Source: Candidatus Woesebacteria bacterium (GTDB taxonomy: Bacteria > Patescibacteriota > Microgenomatia > UBA8517). From it: a DNA stretch of 64,000 nt. The position numbers and the translations under genes were made by a program. The notes beneath the pieces were generated by a model. The model did no database searches. It was not told the origin of the DNA and saw nothing but the letters and a program-made list of their open reading frames with translations. Positions 9,096 to 19,609 of this stretch are shown here, piece by piece. Position 1 is the first letter of the stretch, and every line of letters starts with the position of its first letter. Location of the stretch: NCBI GenBank assembly GCA_963716475.1, contig OY970314.1, positions 628,790 to 692,789 of the forward strand, written 5' to 3'.

Positions 9096-9498
9096 AACGG
9101 AATGTCTTTCTTTATTGTATCGTGATGGGTAAATTCATCACCAAAATGTCTGTAGTTACACCATTGGCAGTTTTCAGTCTCGGGAGGTGTTGGGCCGGCA
9201 AGAAGTATGTCAATTTTCTTTGCAAACTTTAAAAATCCGGTATCATCTACCGGAACCTCGAGCCAAATTGGAGGAAATGTTAAATTAGCATTGGCATTTT
9301 CAAAATTTACCTGGTCTGGATAAAAAATCAAAAGCCCGAGTCTTGTTATTTTAATGGAATCACCACTTGCCGGATTTTCTAAAGCATACTTATAAGCATT
9401 AAGCTGTGTGCCATATTTATCAATTTTTTCAACATTTGCCTGACTTATTTTAAGATCAACTAAAAGGTGTGAACCATCTCCAAGCTTAACCAAAAGGT
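9092..9498 (-). pseudogene. 5'-truncated PD-(D/E)XK nuclease (RecB/Cas4-like, PDDEXK_1)
   Basis: LLVDLK, QLNAYKYAL and a C-terminal CQWC; the N-terminal half and the catalytic D motif are missing. Confidence 0.75.
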
Positions 9499-10035
9499 AC
9501 CTATTTACCGCTTGTCGCAGAGAAGATAGTTGAATACCGTACTAAAGAAGAGCAGATTCCAAAAACAGCAGAAGACATACAAATTATTGAATCAATTTAT
9601 AACCATTACAAAACCAATCCTTTTGGGTTTGAAAAATGCGCAGCCGAAGTTGTTAAACTTATGGATAAAAATTTTATTTCTTACGACCTAACGAGACCGT
9701 GGTTGGACGGTGGAAGAGACGCGATCGGAAAATACTGCATAGGATCTGAGGAAAATGGAATCAATGTTGACTATGCTATTGAGGCAAAATGCTACAAACT
9801 ATCGGTTGCAGTCGGAGTTAGGGGTACATCCAGATTAATTTCAAGATTAAAATACCGTCAATTCGGGATATTTGTAACAACCTCGTTTGTGCACAAACAA
9901 GCGTATAAAGAAATTAAAGAGGACGGTCACCCGGTACTGATTATTTCATCCCAAGATATTGTCAATATCCTAAAAAGGAATGGGTTCTCTACATTAAATC
10001 AAGTAAGTGAATGGATAAATTCTTTTGAAAAATGA
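9496..10035 (+). pseudogene. 5'-truncated AspBHI/MspJI-like (Mrr-cat) restriction endonuclease
   Basis: Frame stays open about 55 codons upstream of ATG 9661 (YRTKEEQIP...NPFGFEKCAA) back to a stop at 9487; DGGRDAIG, EAKCY and RLISRLKYRQFGIFVTTS motifs. Confidence 0.75.
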
Positions 10036-10047
10036 GAAATAGTAGTT

Positions 10048-11871
10048 TCATTTTCTCTTTAAAAAGCCGAACTCCGGCTGAGTTGGTGTACCGACTAAAA
10101 GTGCCCTATCTAAAAATTTATTAAACACTTCACAGCTTGTCTCAGGCAAAAGAGCACACGCGTAACAGGCTGACATATTTAGCGATTCAAAACCCTGACC
10201 GCTGCTCTCGATACATAATGGGTCGTTTGCGCACCACCCTGATGTCTCAGCCATAGATTCCAAGACAGAGGCAAACCTTTCAGGATTAGCTTGTCTTACA
10301 AGTCCGCCTAAAGTGCCATCGGCGTCACCTTCAGCTGTATAAATTAACACACCTTGCATTTTGTTCTCATCTCCAGAGGAATCACAATATATTCGTTCGC
10401 GCAATGAGGCACCAGAATATCCCGATTCGAAACTTAATTGCCTAATTAGTAAGTGGCTGAAAGTATGAAGTAAAACGTATTTTGCTGTAACGGGTTTAAA
10501 ATTTATCTTACGTCTCTTACAGGAAATTTCGTAATTTTTGTTCATCTGTTCAATTCTCTTGATTACAAATTTGTTTTCAGCCCACGATTTTATTTTCTTA
10601 GAATCCAATGCAATAAATATTCCTTCACCCCGAACTTCTACAGCCGGCTTCCAAGTTGCGGGGTGGTTTGGTCTGTCTGTTAATGAGACTAATTCGGAAA
10701 CGTCATGTTCCTCGCCTTCTATAAGTTCTGTATCAGTTTCTTGAGGTCTGAGTCTAGTAAATCCTACGAGAGCCCTTATTTCCCTTAAAGAGCGTACAAG
10801 GAAAATATTTTCGATGCCATAATGAGCATAATCCTCACTCGTTTTTGCCGACACGACGTCAAAATCATATTTATTACTAGATGATGTGTCAAATTTTCCA
10901 TGAAATGCCTGGTATTCATCAAAACGATAATCTTCCTCAGTTTGAGTACCGGAGGATTCTAATAATTCACTCATCTGATTAACACATTTTTTAACTTCAT
11001 CAAAACTTCGGCCAATCTGTTTTGCTATCTCCTCTAAAAATTTATTTTTTATTGTTTGGTCATTTTCTAAAATACCCTCTGCGGTTGTAAGGGCTCGCCA
11101 ATAATCGGTTTCTTGTATGCTTTCAAATAAAGTATCTGTATACGGTGGAATCGTTATTGAGCTTGCAATTCGCGGAAAATAAACGTTACTACCTCCACGT
11201 TGGACGGTAACAATTCTTTCTCCGCATTTCTCTGTATTATTTTCTTTAGACCACGGCATGGCACCCCTGCAGGTATCAGTGAAAATATCGGGGTCGAAGG
11301 CTCCTTGCATTGAACGCGGTTTCGCATCACACTGCATGCATCTTATTTTGGAACCAGAAAGCCCTGCGCCAGCAAGACTTGTGTCGTACTTCAGTGTCGG
11401 ATCCGGACTGCAACCTTCTCCGCGGTGTACCCACCAAACCCAAGGGAAATCGTCAAGGTGACCTTTTCTGCAAGCCACCAGAAAGCTCATCGGAACCAAT
11501 CCTTTTCTGCATATATTACAACGCGGTTGTGTAAGAAATTTTCGTGTATCGTTTATTGTCCATTTCTCGTAAGTTTTTAATAAACGGCACTTGGGACAAA
11601 AAAGCCACCGCGGAAACCTACGGTATGGGAGTCCCTTTGGAAATTCTTCAGATGAAGGAGGCTGACGAAAATATTTTACATTCAGTTGTTTCTGTAATCG
11701 CTCGTCCCGAAGGATGTCTTTATTTCCAGTATTAGGCCAGGAGTCAATCCCCATAGCTATAAAGGTGCCTTGTTCCAAATTGATAAGCGCGCCTGGACCA
11801 AAAGTGGTAATCATTTGTCCCCGCCTAATTTTTGGGCGGGAATCATTTTTATATTTAAAATAATTAATCAT
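10048..11871 (-). CDS. drmB: DISARM DrmB-like DUF1998 protein
   Basis: RRGQMITTFGPGA N-terminus; HTFSHLLIR, GTLGGL and C.NDPLC...AC.AC.LLPETSCE.FN.FLDR. Confidence 0.88.
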   Translation of the reverse strand: MINYFKYKNDSRPKIRRGQMITTFGPGALINLEQGTFIAMGIDSWPNTGNKDILRDERLQKQLNVKYFRQPPSSEEFPKGLPYRRFPRWLFCPKCRLLKTYEKWTINDTRKFLTQPRCNICRKGLVPMSFLVACRKGHLDDFPWVWWVHRGEGCSPDPTLKYDTSLAGAGLSGSKIRCMQCDAKPRSMQGAFDPDIFTDTCRGAMPWSKENNTEKCGERIVTVQRGGSNVYFPRIASSITIPPYTDTLFESIQETDYWRALTTAEGILENDQTIKNKFLEEIAKQIGRSFDEVKKCVNQMSELLESSGTQTEEDYRFDEYQAFHGKFDTSSSNKYDFDVVSAKTSEDYAHYGIENIFLVRSLREIRALVGFTRLRPQETDTELIEGEEHDVSELVSLTDRPNHPATWKPAVEVRGEGIFIALDSKKIKSWAENKFVIKRIEQMNKNYEISCKRRKINFKPVTAKYVLLHTFSHLLIRQLSFESGYSGASLRERIYCDSSGDENKMQGVLIYTAEGDADGTLGGLVRQANPERFASVLESMAETSGWCANDPLCIESSGQGFESLNMSACYACALLPETSCEVFNKFLDRALLVGTPTQPEFGFLKRK

Positions 11872-14800
11872 CTTTTATATCAATATTACATTCGGCATCT
11901 ACGTTTCTCATGGAGGTTGGGAATACCCAAAGACCTTTACCAGAATCCCCGGCCCTTCGTGCTATTGGGTTTCCTGCTTTGTCGTTTTTATAAACAACTT
12001 TTCCTTCATTTTCCTTTATAAAATTTTCCCATTGACTGACCAACATCTCGAATTCCTCGAGTGTCGCATCAGCCTCTGTACTGTCTACATCCTTCACTCT
12101 TTGAATAATATAATTCCGTAATTCTGTTATTTTTGGTAATTCGGGCTTGAATAAGGCGGCACCACCTTCCTCTTCAAAATTTAAACCCAACCCGTGACGA
12201 AACATTGCCACAATAACCGCACTTAACGCACGTGCCCTAGCGGGGGCAGAGAAGGGGGTAACACTTGAAGGCTCAACACTTCTGTAGAATGTTTCGTGGT
12301 ATGTTCGAAAACGTTCGTAATGGGCACGGTCTCTAGTCCTTGCAGAATTGTAAAGGGTAATTACTAATCCGGGAAAACGTCTACCTATTCGGCTTGATAC
12401 CTGAATATACTCCGAGGTAAGTTTTGGCTGTCCGCGAATTACCATTAAATCAAGCCTATCTATATCAACACCCACGGACAACATGTTTGTGGCGGCAAGT
12501 ACGTCAATGGCGTTTCTATCAGGGAACGTTACGGATAACTGTTCGAGAATTTCAGGTATTTCTTCGGCACGCTTTCTACTTGTTAATTCTTTTGGTACAG
12601 CAATGTCACGCATAAAGCCACCATACCTCTGTTTTAATACATTCGCATATAAGGGGATATCGTCAGTCAAAAGGGATATAAACCCTCCTAGTTCACGGAT
12701 ACTGTTGAAGTAGTTTACGATTGTCCAATATTTATCTTTTACTTCATCATCTTCCTCAATTGTAAATACAGAATGTAGTAACTCAGCGGTGAGCCGAACG
12801 GCAGCCGTTGTTTGTGTTTTGCCCGAAGGCATAATTCCGAGATACAACCTTCCCAGTTTAATATTAAGCGGCACTTCCTTTGAAAAAAATGAATCGTTAA
12901 TATCAACTCCGGGGGATGGAAATTGCCTTGTCTCTCTATCAAAAAGATTCTTACACTGGTCTGCAGCGCGTCTTATTGTTGCAGTAGATGCTACAATTTT
13001 TGGCCGTACTCCTTTTCTTGAACAAAGAAAGTCAATCACAGTCTCATAAAGTCCAACCATAGTTCCCAATGCCCCTGAAATTAAGTGCAATTCGTCCTGA
13101 ATGATAAGTTCCGGGGGCAGGTTGGGATTATCGTTGTCGGATGCAAATACTCTTGATATACCTTTTTGTAGAGGCATTTGGGCAAACTTATCGACAGTCC
13201 CAAATAACAAAGTGGAGGGATCTCTGTAAATTTCTTCATCAACAATAAGTACTGGAAGTCTTTGATGAAAGGCACAAGTCTTTTCAAGACAAAAAAGATT
13301 GGCTTGTTTAGATTTACTTTTATATCCGCATACTCTATTTCCGTTCGCTTGCTCTATAACTGTTTTAGTTCCACACCAGGGGCACGAAAGTATAGGCGAT
13401 GGATTTTTGTCAGTTTCACCAAAAATAAATTCCTGAAAACCTTTCTCTGCCATCTCCAAACTATTAGGAGTTGAATCTATTCCGACCCAAAGTCCGACTG
13501 ATATCTCCTCGCTTCCCAACTTTCCATTACTGTCTTGTCTGATTTTTTCCATAGCACATATTAGAGTGCATGCTCTCTGAAATTGTTGCGCGGTGAGCAA
13601 ACGCAATGTATATCTCATTATTACGGCTGTACCTCCGGATTCGTTTGGATATTTAAGTCGTCGATAAAAAATTGTGAATGATGAAAGACCAAGATACGCC
13701 TCAGTTTTACCTCCACCCGTGGGAAACCAAATTAAATCAACGATCTCTCTATCCTTGGATTTGTGTTCGGTAATGCCTTTTAATGAAAGCAGGAGGAATG
13801 CTAATTGAAAAGGTCTCCAGCTACGTCTTCCAGTCTTCTCAGATAGATAATCTGGCCATTCTATAGTGCCTTCTCCGGGAGATCTCTTTTGCTTTTGGAG
13901 TTCTGAATGGAGCGATTGCATCAACATGGCCTTATTGGCCAATTGGAAGGATTCCATCACAAGATTGTCAGCGTCAAGCAACCGAACCCCTTCAATCATT
14001 CTAGAGCAAGATTCCTCACACAGCGCAATGTGTTTGTCGACAGTATTAGAGAAATTAGTCGGCAAATTGGTGTTTTCTCTAAGACTGCTTATCCATTGTT
14101 TGTATAAATTACAAAAGATATTAAGTTTGTCTATTATTTCCCCCTTCTTAAGGGTTCCGGTTCCCGAAAGCTCCCTCATGCTAAGTATTAAAGGGTCCAA
14201 ACCCGGTACATCAAAATCGGTTTTTGGAACTTCGAATGCTGGAATAGTCTCTGTATAAACGGAGGATGAATTAATAGCGCCCTCATCACGTGTCCAATTT
14301 GCAGAGCACCCATGTCCGACTGCATAGGTTTTTCTATTTCTATACAAAAGAGCTAAAGACAGTTCTTCCTCATCGTGTTTAAACAATGGAACTGAGGAGT
14401 ACTCTGCAAATATTTCCTTTTGATCACTCGCTGAAGTGACAATCATCGAAACATTAAAAAATACATGTTCCTCGTCCATTCCAACGTGGCCGACCTGATT
14501 TGTATTTTTAAGGGCAAGTGTGAAAAGGGTTAAATTACCCTTATCATCATGTCTTCTTTCACACACCAGTTCTAGGCCCTCCGTTACTCTTTGAGATTTA
14601 AAATCAGCTTTAATAGTTAGATCCGCCGTATCTCCAAGACTTTGCCACTCACCCTGGGATTGCCTGACCGCTTTATAGAGTTGGGGAATAAAATCCTTTT
14701 CATTAGATTTTTCAGATATTTGTTTAGGTATCCCGTAATCGACAACCCCGCGAGTAGACAACTTTCCTTCAGTGAACTCAAAATTTTCTTTAAATTCTTC

Positions 14801-15232
14801 CAAGTCTGCAATGGATTCCGGGATTTTATCAACCTCAACATAATGCTCCCCTGTTTCTAATTTTTGATAAGTCGTCCAGTTAACTTTAACTTTTAAGTTA
14901 GGGCTATTTCCCAAACAGTAAAAGCTTATTCCCATTACGCTGGGAAAGAATGAATTAGCAGATCCCTTATCCGAATCTATAATTTCGCCACCCCCTGTTG
15001 TATCAGCATTATCCTGCTCGTTTACATCACTTTCTTCCGCGATATCTCTACGAGATTCGTAAAGATTTGGGAAAATCATCCCAGCGGAGTACCTGGTGAC
15101 GGGATTTTCCGTAATTCTTTCTTTTCCACTTGCCGGGCCGATAAACTCTGAAAAAACACCATCAACGATACGTGAACGTTCGGTTGCGTAACGATTTTCT
15201 TTTTCATCCATATTCATTGTTTCATTTAACAA
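11864..15232 (-). CDS. drmA: DISARM DrmA-like SF2 helicase
   Basis: WRPFQLAF, WFPTGGGKTEAYL, RYTLRLLT.QQF.R, QDELHLI, STAT and QVSSRIGR; overlaps drmB. Confidence 0.88.
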   Translation of the reverse strand: MLNETMNMDEKENRYATERSRIVDGVFSEFIGPASGKERITENPVTRYSAGMIFPNLYESRRDIAEESDVNEQDNADTTGGGEIIDSDKGSANSFFPSVMGISFYCLGNSPNLKVKVNWTTYQKLETGEHYVEVDKIPESIADLEEFKENFEFTEGKLSTRGVVDYGIPKQISEKSNEKDFIPQLYKAVRQSQGEWQSLGDTADLTIKADFKSQRVTEGLELVCERRHDDKGNLTLFTLALKNTNQVGHVGMDEEHVFFNVSMIVTSASDQKEIFAEYSSVPLFKHDEEELSLALLYRNRKTYAVGHGCSANWTRDEGAINSSSVYTETIPAFEVPKTDFDVPGLDPLILSMRELSGTGTLKKGEIIDKLNIFCNLYKQWISSLRENTNLPTNFSNTVDKHIALCEESCSRMIEGVRLLDADNLVMESFQLANKAMLMQSLHSELQKQKRSPGEGTIEWPDYLSEKTGRRSWRPFQLAFLLLSLKGITEHKSKDREIVDLIWFPTGGGKTEAYLGLSSFTIFYRRLKYPNESGGTAVIMRYTLRLLTAQQFQRACTLICAMEKIRQDSNGKLGSEEISVGLWVGIDSTPNSLEMAEKGFQEFIFGETDKNPSPILSCPWCGTKTVIEQANGNRVCGYKSKSKQANLFCLEKTCAFHQRLPVLIVDEEIYRDPSTLLFGTVDKFAQMPLQKGISRVFASDNDNPNLPPELIIQDELHLISGALGTMVGLYETVIDFLCSRKGVRPKIVASTATIRRAADQCKNLFDRETRQFPSPGVDINDSFFSKEVPLNIKLGRLYLGIMPSGKTQTTAAVRLTAELLHSVFTIEEDDEVKDKYWTIVNYFNSIRELGGFISLLTDDIPLYANVLKQRYGGFMRDIAVPKELTSRKRAEEIPEILEQLSVTFPDRNAIDVLAATNMLSVGVDIDRLDLMVIRGQPKLTSEYIQVSSRIGRRFPGLVITLYNSARTRDRAHYERFRTYHETFYRSVEPSSVTPFSAPARARALSAVIVAMFRHGLGLNFEEEGGAALFKPELPKITELRNYIIQRVKDVDSTEADATLEEFEMLVSQWENFIKENEGKVVYKNDKAGNPIARRAGDSGKGLWVFPTSMRNVDAECNIDIKDD

Positions 15233-16955
15233 AACTGTTGAGTCTATTCTGATACTCAGTTTTTAATTTTTTATCCATAAAAACATATAACTTGTCCTTA
15301 GCCCTCGTCATCGCAACATAATTCGCAGATTCAGAAAACCTTCCAGAAAAAGAATCAACGTCGATATACACAATAATATTATTTTCGAGCCCTTTGAACA
15401 TTTGTGCTGAGGCATACAAAACTTTATCTTTCGGCGGGTTCGAAATGTTTTCCTCATTTGCCTCAGTTACAAAGCGTGGAACCTTCACCCCTGATGTGTA
15501 CAGTGACATTGAACCAGTATTCCTGCTAGTAAGTAAGGTTATAGAAGACGGGGGTACTTCTTCCACGGTAACCAATTTGTTTATTAACTCAACAACCTTC
15601 AGTGCCATATCTTCATCTCCGTTGCATAGATTAAATTCAACTTTGGGGCCCTCAACTCTTGGTTTGCCTGCTGGGAAACCTGAAACAATCGAGGCTTGGG
15701 TCGCTATCTGCAAAGTGTTTCTGACATTTAGGTCAAGTCTATATTCTGGCGCTCCTATACTTTTTAGATAAGTGTAAGATTCGCTACTAAAGCGGTTAAA
15801 AAGTCTTGCTTGTCCGCCGGGATCTAAGAAAATAGCCCAGTTTCCTTCTTTTAGACCATGTTTTAATACGGAGTCTAGAGCAAGTAGGTAATTTTCACTC
15901 AAAAGGTCCTGTGCTTCGTCAATAATCAACCAATCAAATTTTTCCTGGACTGTTTTCTCAGCAGCGTTCATGAATACTGATGGCAGTATTTCGTTATAAA
16001 TCTCATCGGAGGTCTTTCCCAAACTTCTTTTGTCTAGTTCCTTTTCGAACCCAGCTTTTTTAATAACCCCCAAAAAATATCTGTTTATAGAGTTGACCTG
16101 CAGATATGAACTGTCGAGATCGACCGACGAAATCTCATTTCGCAAACAAACCCCTAACAGTTTGTTAAAACATAAGAGAAGGGTTTTTTGCTTGTTAAAA
16201 AATAATCTTCTTGTCTTCTCGACAGCTAATAATGTTTTGCCGGTTCCAGCAGCCCCTGTGAACAATGTTCTTGGGTTTCCCTCCATCTGATCTAATGCCC
16301 TATATTGTTCCTTAGTAAAACTGATTATTTGGTCTTCAGCCCTTACGATATCGCTCCATAAGCGTGTACCTGATTCAAAATCACCTCTTAAATAATCAAC
16401 AATATTAGATTTGGGGATCGGTATCTGCCTTGAAGCCAGATGCGTTTTCCTTTTCCAATAATCAGATAGTCTTTCAACATACTTACTTATAGGACTCGAT
16501 AAGCCATGTACATCGTAGACTATTTCCTTATCCCATTCAGGAGATTCTTCATTAAACTCTATATCTGGAAAAAGAACCCCGTATCCAAAAATGTACCCAT
16601 GATTTTGCCCAAATTTCGATTCTAGGTCACTTTTTAGTGAATACATACCCGAAGAAGCTTGTGCAAAAGGACCTTCCACCTTTTTGTTTTCCTGTCCATA
16701 GCGGTCTTCAAAAATCCATATACCGTCTTTACGGGAAACCCGGCCACCCTTAACTTCCAGGGAAAGTATTAATCCTTTCCCAATCAGAACAAAATCGATT
16801 TCTCCCTGCCTTTTTTGTAGATGTCTGGATAGACCTAAAGAATGTAGACATGTAAATTCTGTAAGATCATCCAGATTATTTAACAATGTAAAAATTTTCC
16901 TCTCGGCATTACTTTTAACATCGGGGTTGATGTAGGACGGAATCATTTTTGCCAT
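15222..16955 (-). CDS. NERD nuclease fused to an SF1 (UvrD-like) helicase
   Basis: EIDFVL..LEVKGG (NERD); GAAGTGKT, IIDEAQD, FKGLE and YVAMTRAK. Confidence 0.85.
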   Translation of the reverse strand: MAKMIPSYINPDVKSNAERKIFTLLNNLDDLTEFTCLHSLGLSRHLQKRQGEIDFVLIGKGLILSLEVKGGRVSRKDGIWIFEDRYGQENKKVEGPFAQASSGMYSLKSDLESKFGQNHGYIFGYGVLFPDIEFNEESPEWDKEIVYDVHGLSSPISKYVERLSDYWKRKTHLASRQIPIPKSNIVDYLRGDFESGTRLWSDIVRAEDQIISFTKEQYRALDQMEGNPRTLFTGAAGTGKTLLAVEKTRRLFFNKQKTLLLCFNKLLGVCLRNEISSVDLDSSYLQVNSINRYFLGVIKKAGFEKELDKRSLGKTSDEIYNEILPSVFMNAAEKTVQEKFDWLIIDEAQDLLSENYLLALDSVLKHGLKEGNWAIFLDPGGQARLFNRFSSESYTYLKSIGAPEYRLDLNVRNTLQIATQASIVSGFPAGKPRVEGPKVEFNLCNGDEDMALKVVELINKLVTVEEVPPSSITLLTSRNTGSMSLYTSGVKVPRFVTEANEENISNPPKDKVLYASAQMFKGLENNIIVYIDVDSFSGRFSESANYVAMTRAKDKLYVFMDKKLKTEYQNRLNSFVK

Positions 16956-16957
16956 TA

Positions 16958-19609
16958 TTAGATATTATCAGTTGCCATTAGTTTATTGATTACATCGAAT
17001 GGCACCATTACTTCCTCATCAGATATCTTAGAAACTCTTGCTATCCGGACTTGGGAAGACATTTCGTCAAGTTTATCACGCAATACAGGGTCGTCGATTA
17101 TGCTTTCCGGGGATATGTAGGATTGGGTTATTTTTTTGGCTAAATAACGGCCAATCTTGATTCGTAGAGCATGTATCTTTCTTGTAGCATCCTTCACTTC
17201 CCTTAAATGTGTGTTCAATTCTTTGTTATTTGTCATTCTCGCAATTTTATCAATCGGAGTGTAGTTGTTTTCAGTAGGGCCGATTGTCCCACCCGCAAGC
17301 CAGTTGTTAATTGTTGCCGGATGTCTTTCCACGCCTGCCCTGTCCAGATATACTTTAAGCTGGTCCTGATTCAAATTATTCTCATTGCAGTATGTGATTA
17401 AAGCCGTTCTCCACAACTCTGACATTTTAATCAGGTTAACTATTTCCGGTTTGTGTTCATAAAACTCTACAAGTTCATCGAAAACGGTACCTTTTGCGCT
17501 TAAAAACGCAATTTCATCTCCTTCCAATAATTCACTAATGGTTTTGGTGACAATCTTTTCATTTTTTAAATCCAGTACCCTTATGTTCGTGCCAGGTTGA
17601 AAAAATGAATGTCTGTTGTCAGAAAACAAAACTAGGCGTGCTTTGAATAATTCCGAACGGCCACCGTAGGTATTGGTCGCAGATTTTATCAATGCCGTAG
17701 ACAAAACGCTGTCAATATCAAAAACCTCTTCGTTATCAATTCCATCAGTCTTCTGCTGCGGTAAAGCCTCAAGATTGTTATTTAATACTTGATCAGGAAC
17801 TTTTAAGATACCGGAGCGGTAGGTAAGGCTAGTATATTGACTTAATAAACGCCTTGTCATGTCGAAGGACCGCTCGAGCTCCTGTTTTTGTAACGGGTAC
17901 ACCAAAAGGTAGTTCTTTCCTACACGGGGTTCCAGCATCAGTAAATTCTTTGCCGACGGTTTAAATGTCCATATTATGATATCGTAGCCACCAACAGCTT
18001 CCGTGATGCTATCTGTATAACCCACGCTTGGTACTAACCATCCGTATTCGGCTTTTTCTATTTCTGGGGTAACTAAATTTCTGATAGCATCAATTGTTTG
18101 TGGATATTTTGTGAGGATACACACCCTCCTGTCTTTATTTTCAACAACCAACGCCTCTGCCTGAACGGACTTGGCATAATGTTCCTTAAATTTAGTTACT
18201 GAGTCATCCAAAAGCGAGACGAGTTCTGCCGCGTCGTGGTCAAAATTTTCCGGTACTGCACTCAACCTGAGTGTTTCTATACTATCCCGCAGCAATTTAA
18301 TATCCTCTTCAAGCGTTTTTCCACCAATACCTTGTGCCATCTCGTCAAGCTTGGACACGGAAAGCGGGGATTGGAATATTTTATTCGCTACCCCCGCAGC
18401 ACGAACAGAAAAAAGCAGCAAATCATTATTGTTGTACTCGTTACTCTTGGAAAACATTCCGTGAAGGAGCATTTGAATCTTTTTGTGTGATTCTAGGGAA
18501 ATACCCTGCGGATAGGGTATTTCAACAAAGACATCTTCATAGGCTGCAAGTTTGGGCACTACATTGTTATGCTTGTTAACTAACCCGGAATATTCACTGT
18601 TAGCCGACCCGGTATTGCTTTGACCGGGATTCGTAAATCCGGTCAATCCCTTAAAATCGTTAACATCCCAAATCCATATTTTAAACCCCAGACCCTTTTC
18701 AAGCTTTTCTATCAAGTCCAGCTGACTGTAAGACTGTAGCCAGTAAATATCCTCAATACTGTATTGATTCCTGATTGAAGCTGCCAAACTTATATCACGC
18801 AATGCTTTTCCCTGGGCATCAACAAATAACGTTTTAACCAGGGGTTCTGATTCCAGAACATCGTCCGCTATCGATAAACCCGAAACAAAATAAAACATGT
18901 ATGCCATTTTCCTAACGTCCCTGCTAAGACTTATCCGGTTCCCTTTCGTACATTTCATTGACGGAAATATCTCAAAGAAAGGCTTTCCGTTTAATTCGAT
19001 ATTTTTTAAGATGTTGATTAAATGCGGTCTTTCACTCGATACCAAAAAAGCAGGGTAGCCGGATAGCCCAACCTGCTGACCCTGAAATCCTAAAAGCAAT
19101 CGTAGTACATCCTTTGCGTCTTTTTTCGTTTTATCCGGCTCGTAGGCGTCGGGTATAGTTTTAATGCCGGAATACTTCGATACCGAAGAGAAAAAGTGCA
19201 GCGGTATTGACTCATACGTGTTGTATTTATCGCTATAGCCAAGCCGGAATTTACCTATTTTAGTTGCCGGGTCGGTCGAAACACCTCCGTATTTGGCTAT
19301 CCTACCGTCAAACTCAACAAGTTCGCCGACTTTAAAATCGTTTAGTCTAAGTTTTGAATTCTTAATAATTGCTCCTTTGTAAGCAACAAGCCCCATTATT
19401 ATTAGAAGGTAAACATCAAGCAGGTCATCACCGGGGTGATAAATAGCAATACTATTCTTTGTCTCATCCAATACGTTATTGTGAACTATTAACGCGTTAA
19501 GCATCTCATAGCCTCCGATAGACAAAGGGCTGCCGGCGAGAGAAAGTCGTAATGCCCGAAGCTCCGAGATATCGTCTTTTATGTAATTAATGATTCTGTC
19601 GTTGAACAT
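16958..19609 (-). CDS. drmE: DrmE-like protein
   Basis: 883 aa, between the C5 methyltransferase and the helicases; C-terminal GDEIAF...SELWRTAL...TINNWL segment resembles DrmE as recalled; call is largely by size and synteny. Confidence 0.6.
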   Translation of the reverse strand: MFNDRIINYIKDDISELRALRLSLAGSPLSIGGYEMLNALIVHNNVLDETKNSIAIYHPGDDLLDVYLLIIMGLVAYKGAIIKNSKLRLNDFKVGELVEFDGRIAKYGGVSTDPATKIGKFRLGYSDKYNTYESIPLHFFSSVSKYSGIKTIPDAYEPDKTKKDAKDVLRLLLGFQGQQVGLSGYPAFLVSSERPHLINILKNIELNGKPFFEIFPSMKCTKGNRISLSRDVRKMAYMFYFVSGLSIADDVLESEPLVKTLFVDAQGKALRDISLAASIRNQYSIEDIYWLQSYSQLDLIEKLEKGLGFKIWIWDVNDFKGLTGFTNPGQSNTGSANSEYSGLVNKHNNVVPKLAAYEDVFVEIPYPQGISLESHKKIQMLLHGMFSKSNEYNNNDLLLFSVRAAGVANKIFQSPLSVSKLDEMAQGIGGKTLEEDIKLLRDSIETLRLSAVPENFDHDAAELVSLLDDSVTKFKEHYAKSVQAEALVVENKDRRVCILTKYPQTIDAIRNLVTPEIEKAEYGWLVPSVGYTDSITEAVGGYDIIIWTFKPSAKNLLMLEPRVGKNYLLVYPLQKQELERSFDMTRRLLSQYTSLTYRSGILKVPDQVLNNNLEALPQQKTDGIDNEEVFDIDSVLSTALIKSATNTYGGRSELFKARLVLFSDNRHSFFQPGTNIRVLDLKNEKIVTKTISELLEGDEIAFLSAKGTVFDELVEFYEHKPEIVNLIKMSELWRTALITYCNENNLNQDQLKVYLDRAGVERHPATINNWLAGGTIGPTENNYTPIDKIARMTNNKELNTHLREVKDATRKIHALRIKIGRYLAKKITQSYISPESIIDDPVLRDKLDEMSSQVRIARVSKISDEEVMVPFDVINKLMATDNI

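Noticed and set aside
9092-9493. cas4 of a CRISPR-Cas locus
   Set aside because: It is a truncated solo PD-(D/E)XK gene with no cas1, cas2 or array nearby.
9496-9501. GGTACC site at the nuclease fusion junction as a cloning artefact
   Set aside because: A single hexamer is expected by chance and no vector sequence is present; misassembly cannot be excluded without reads.
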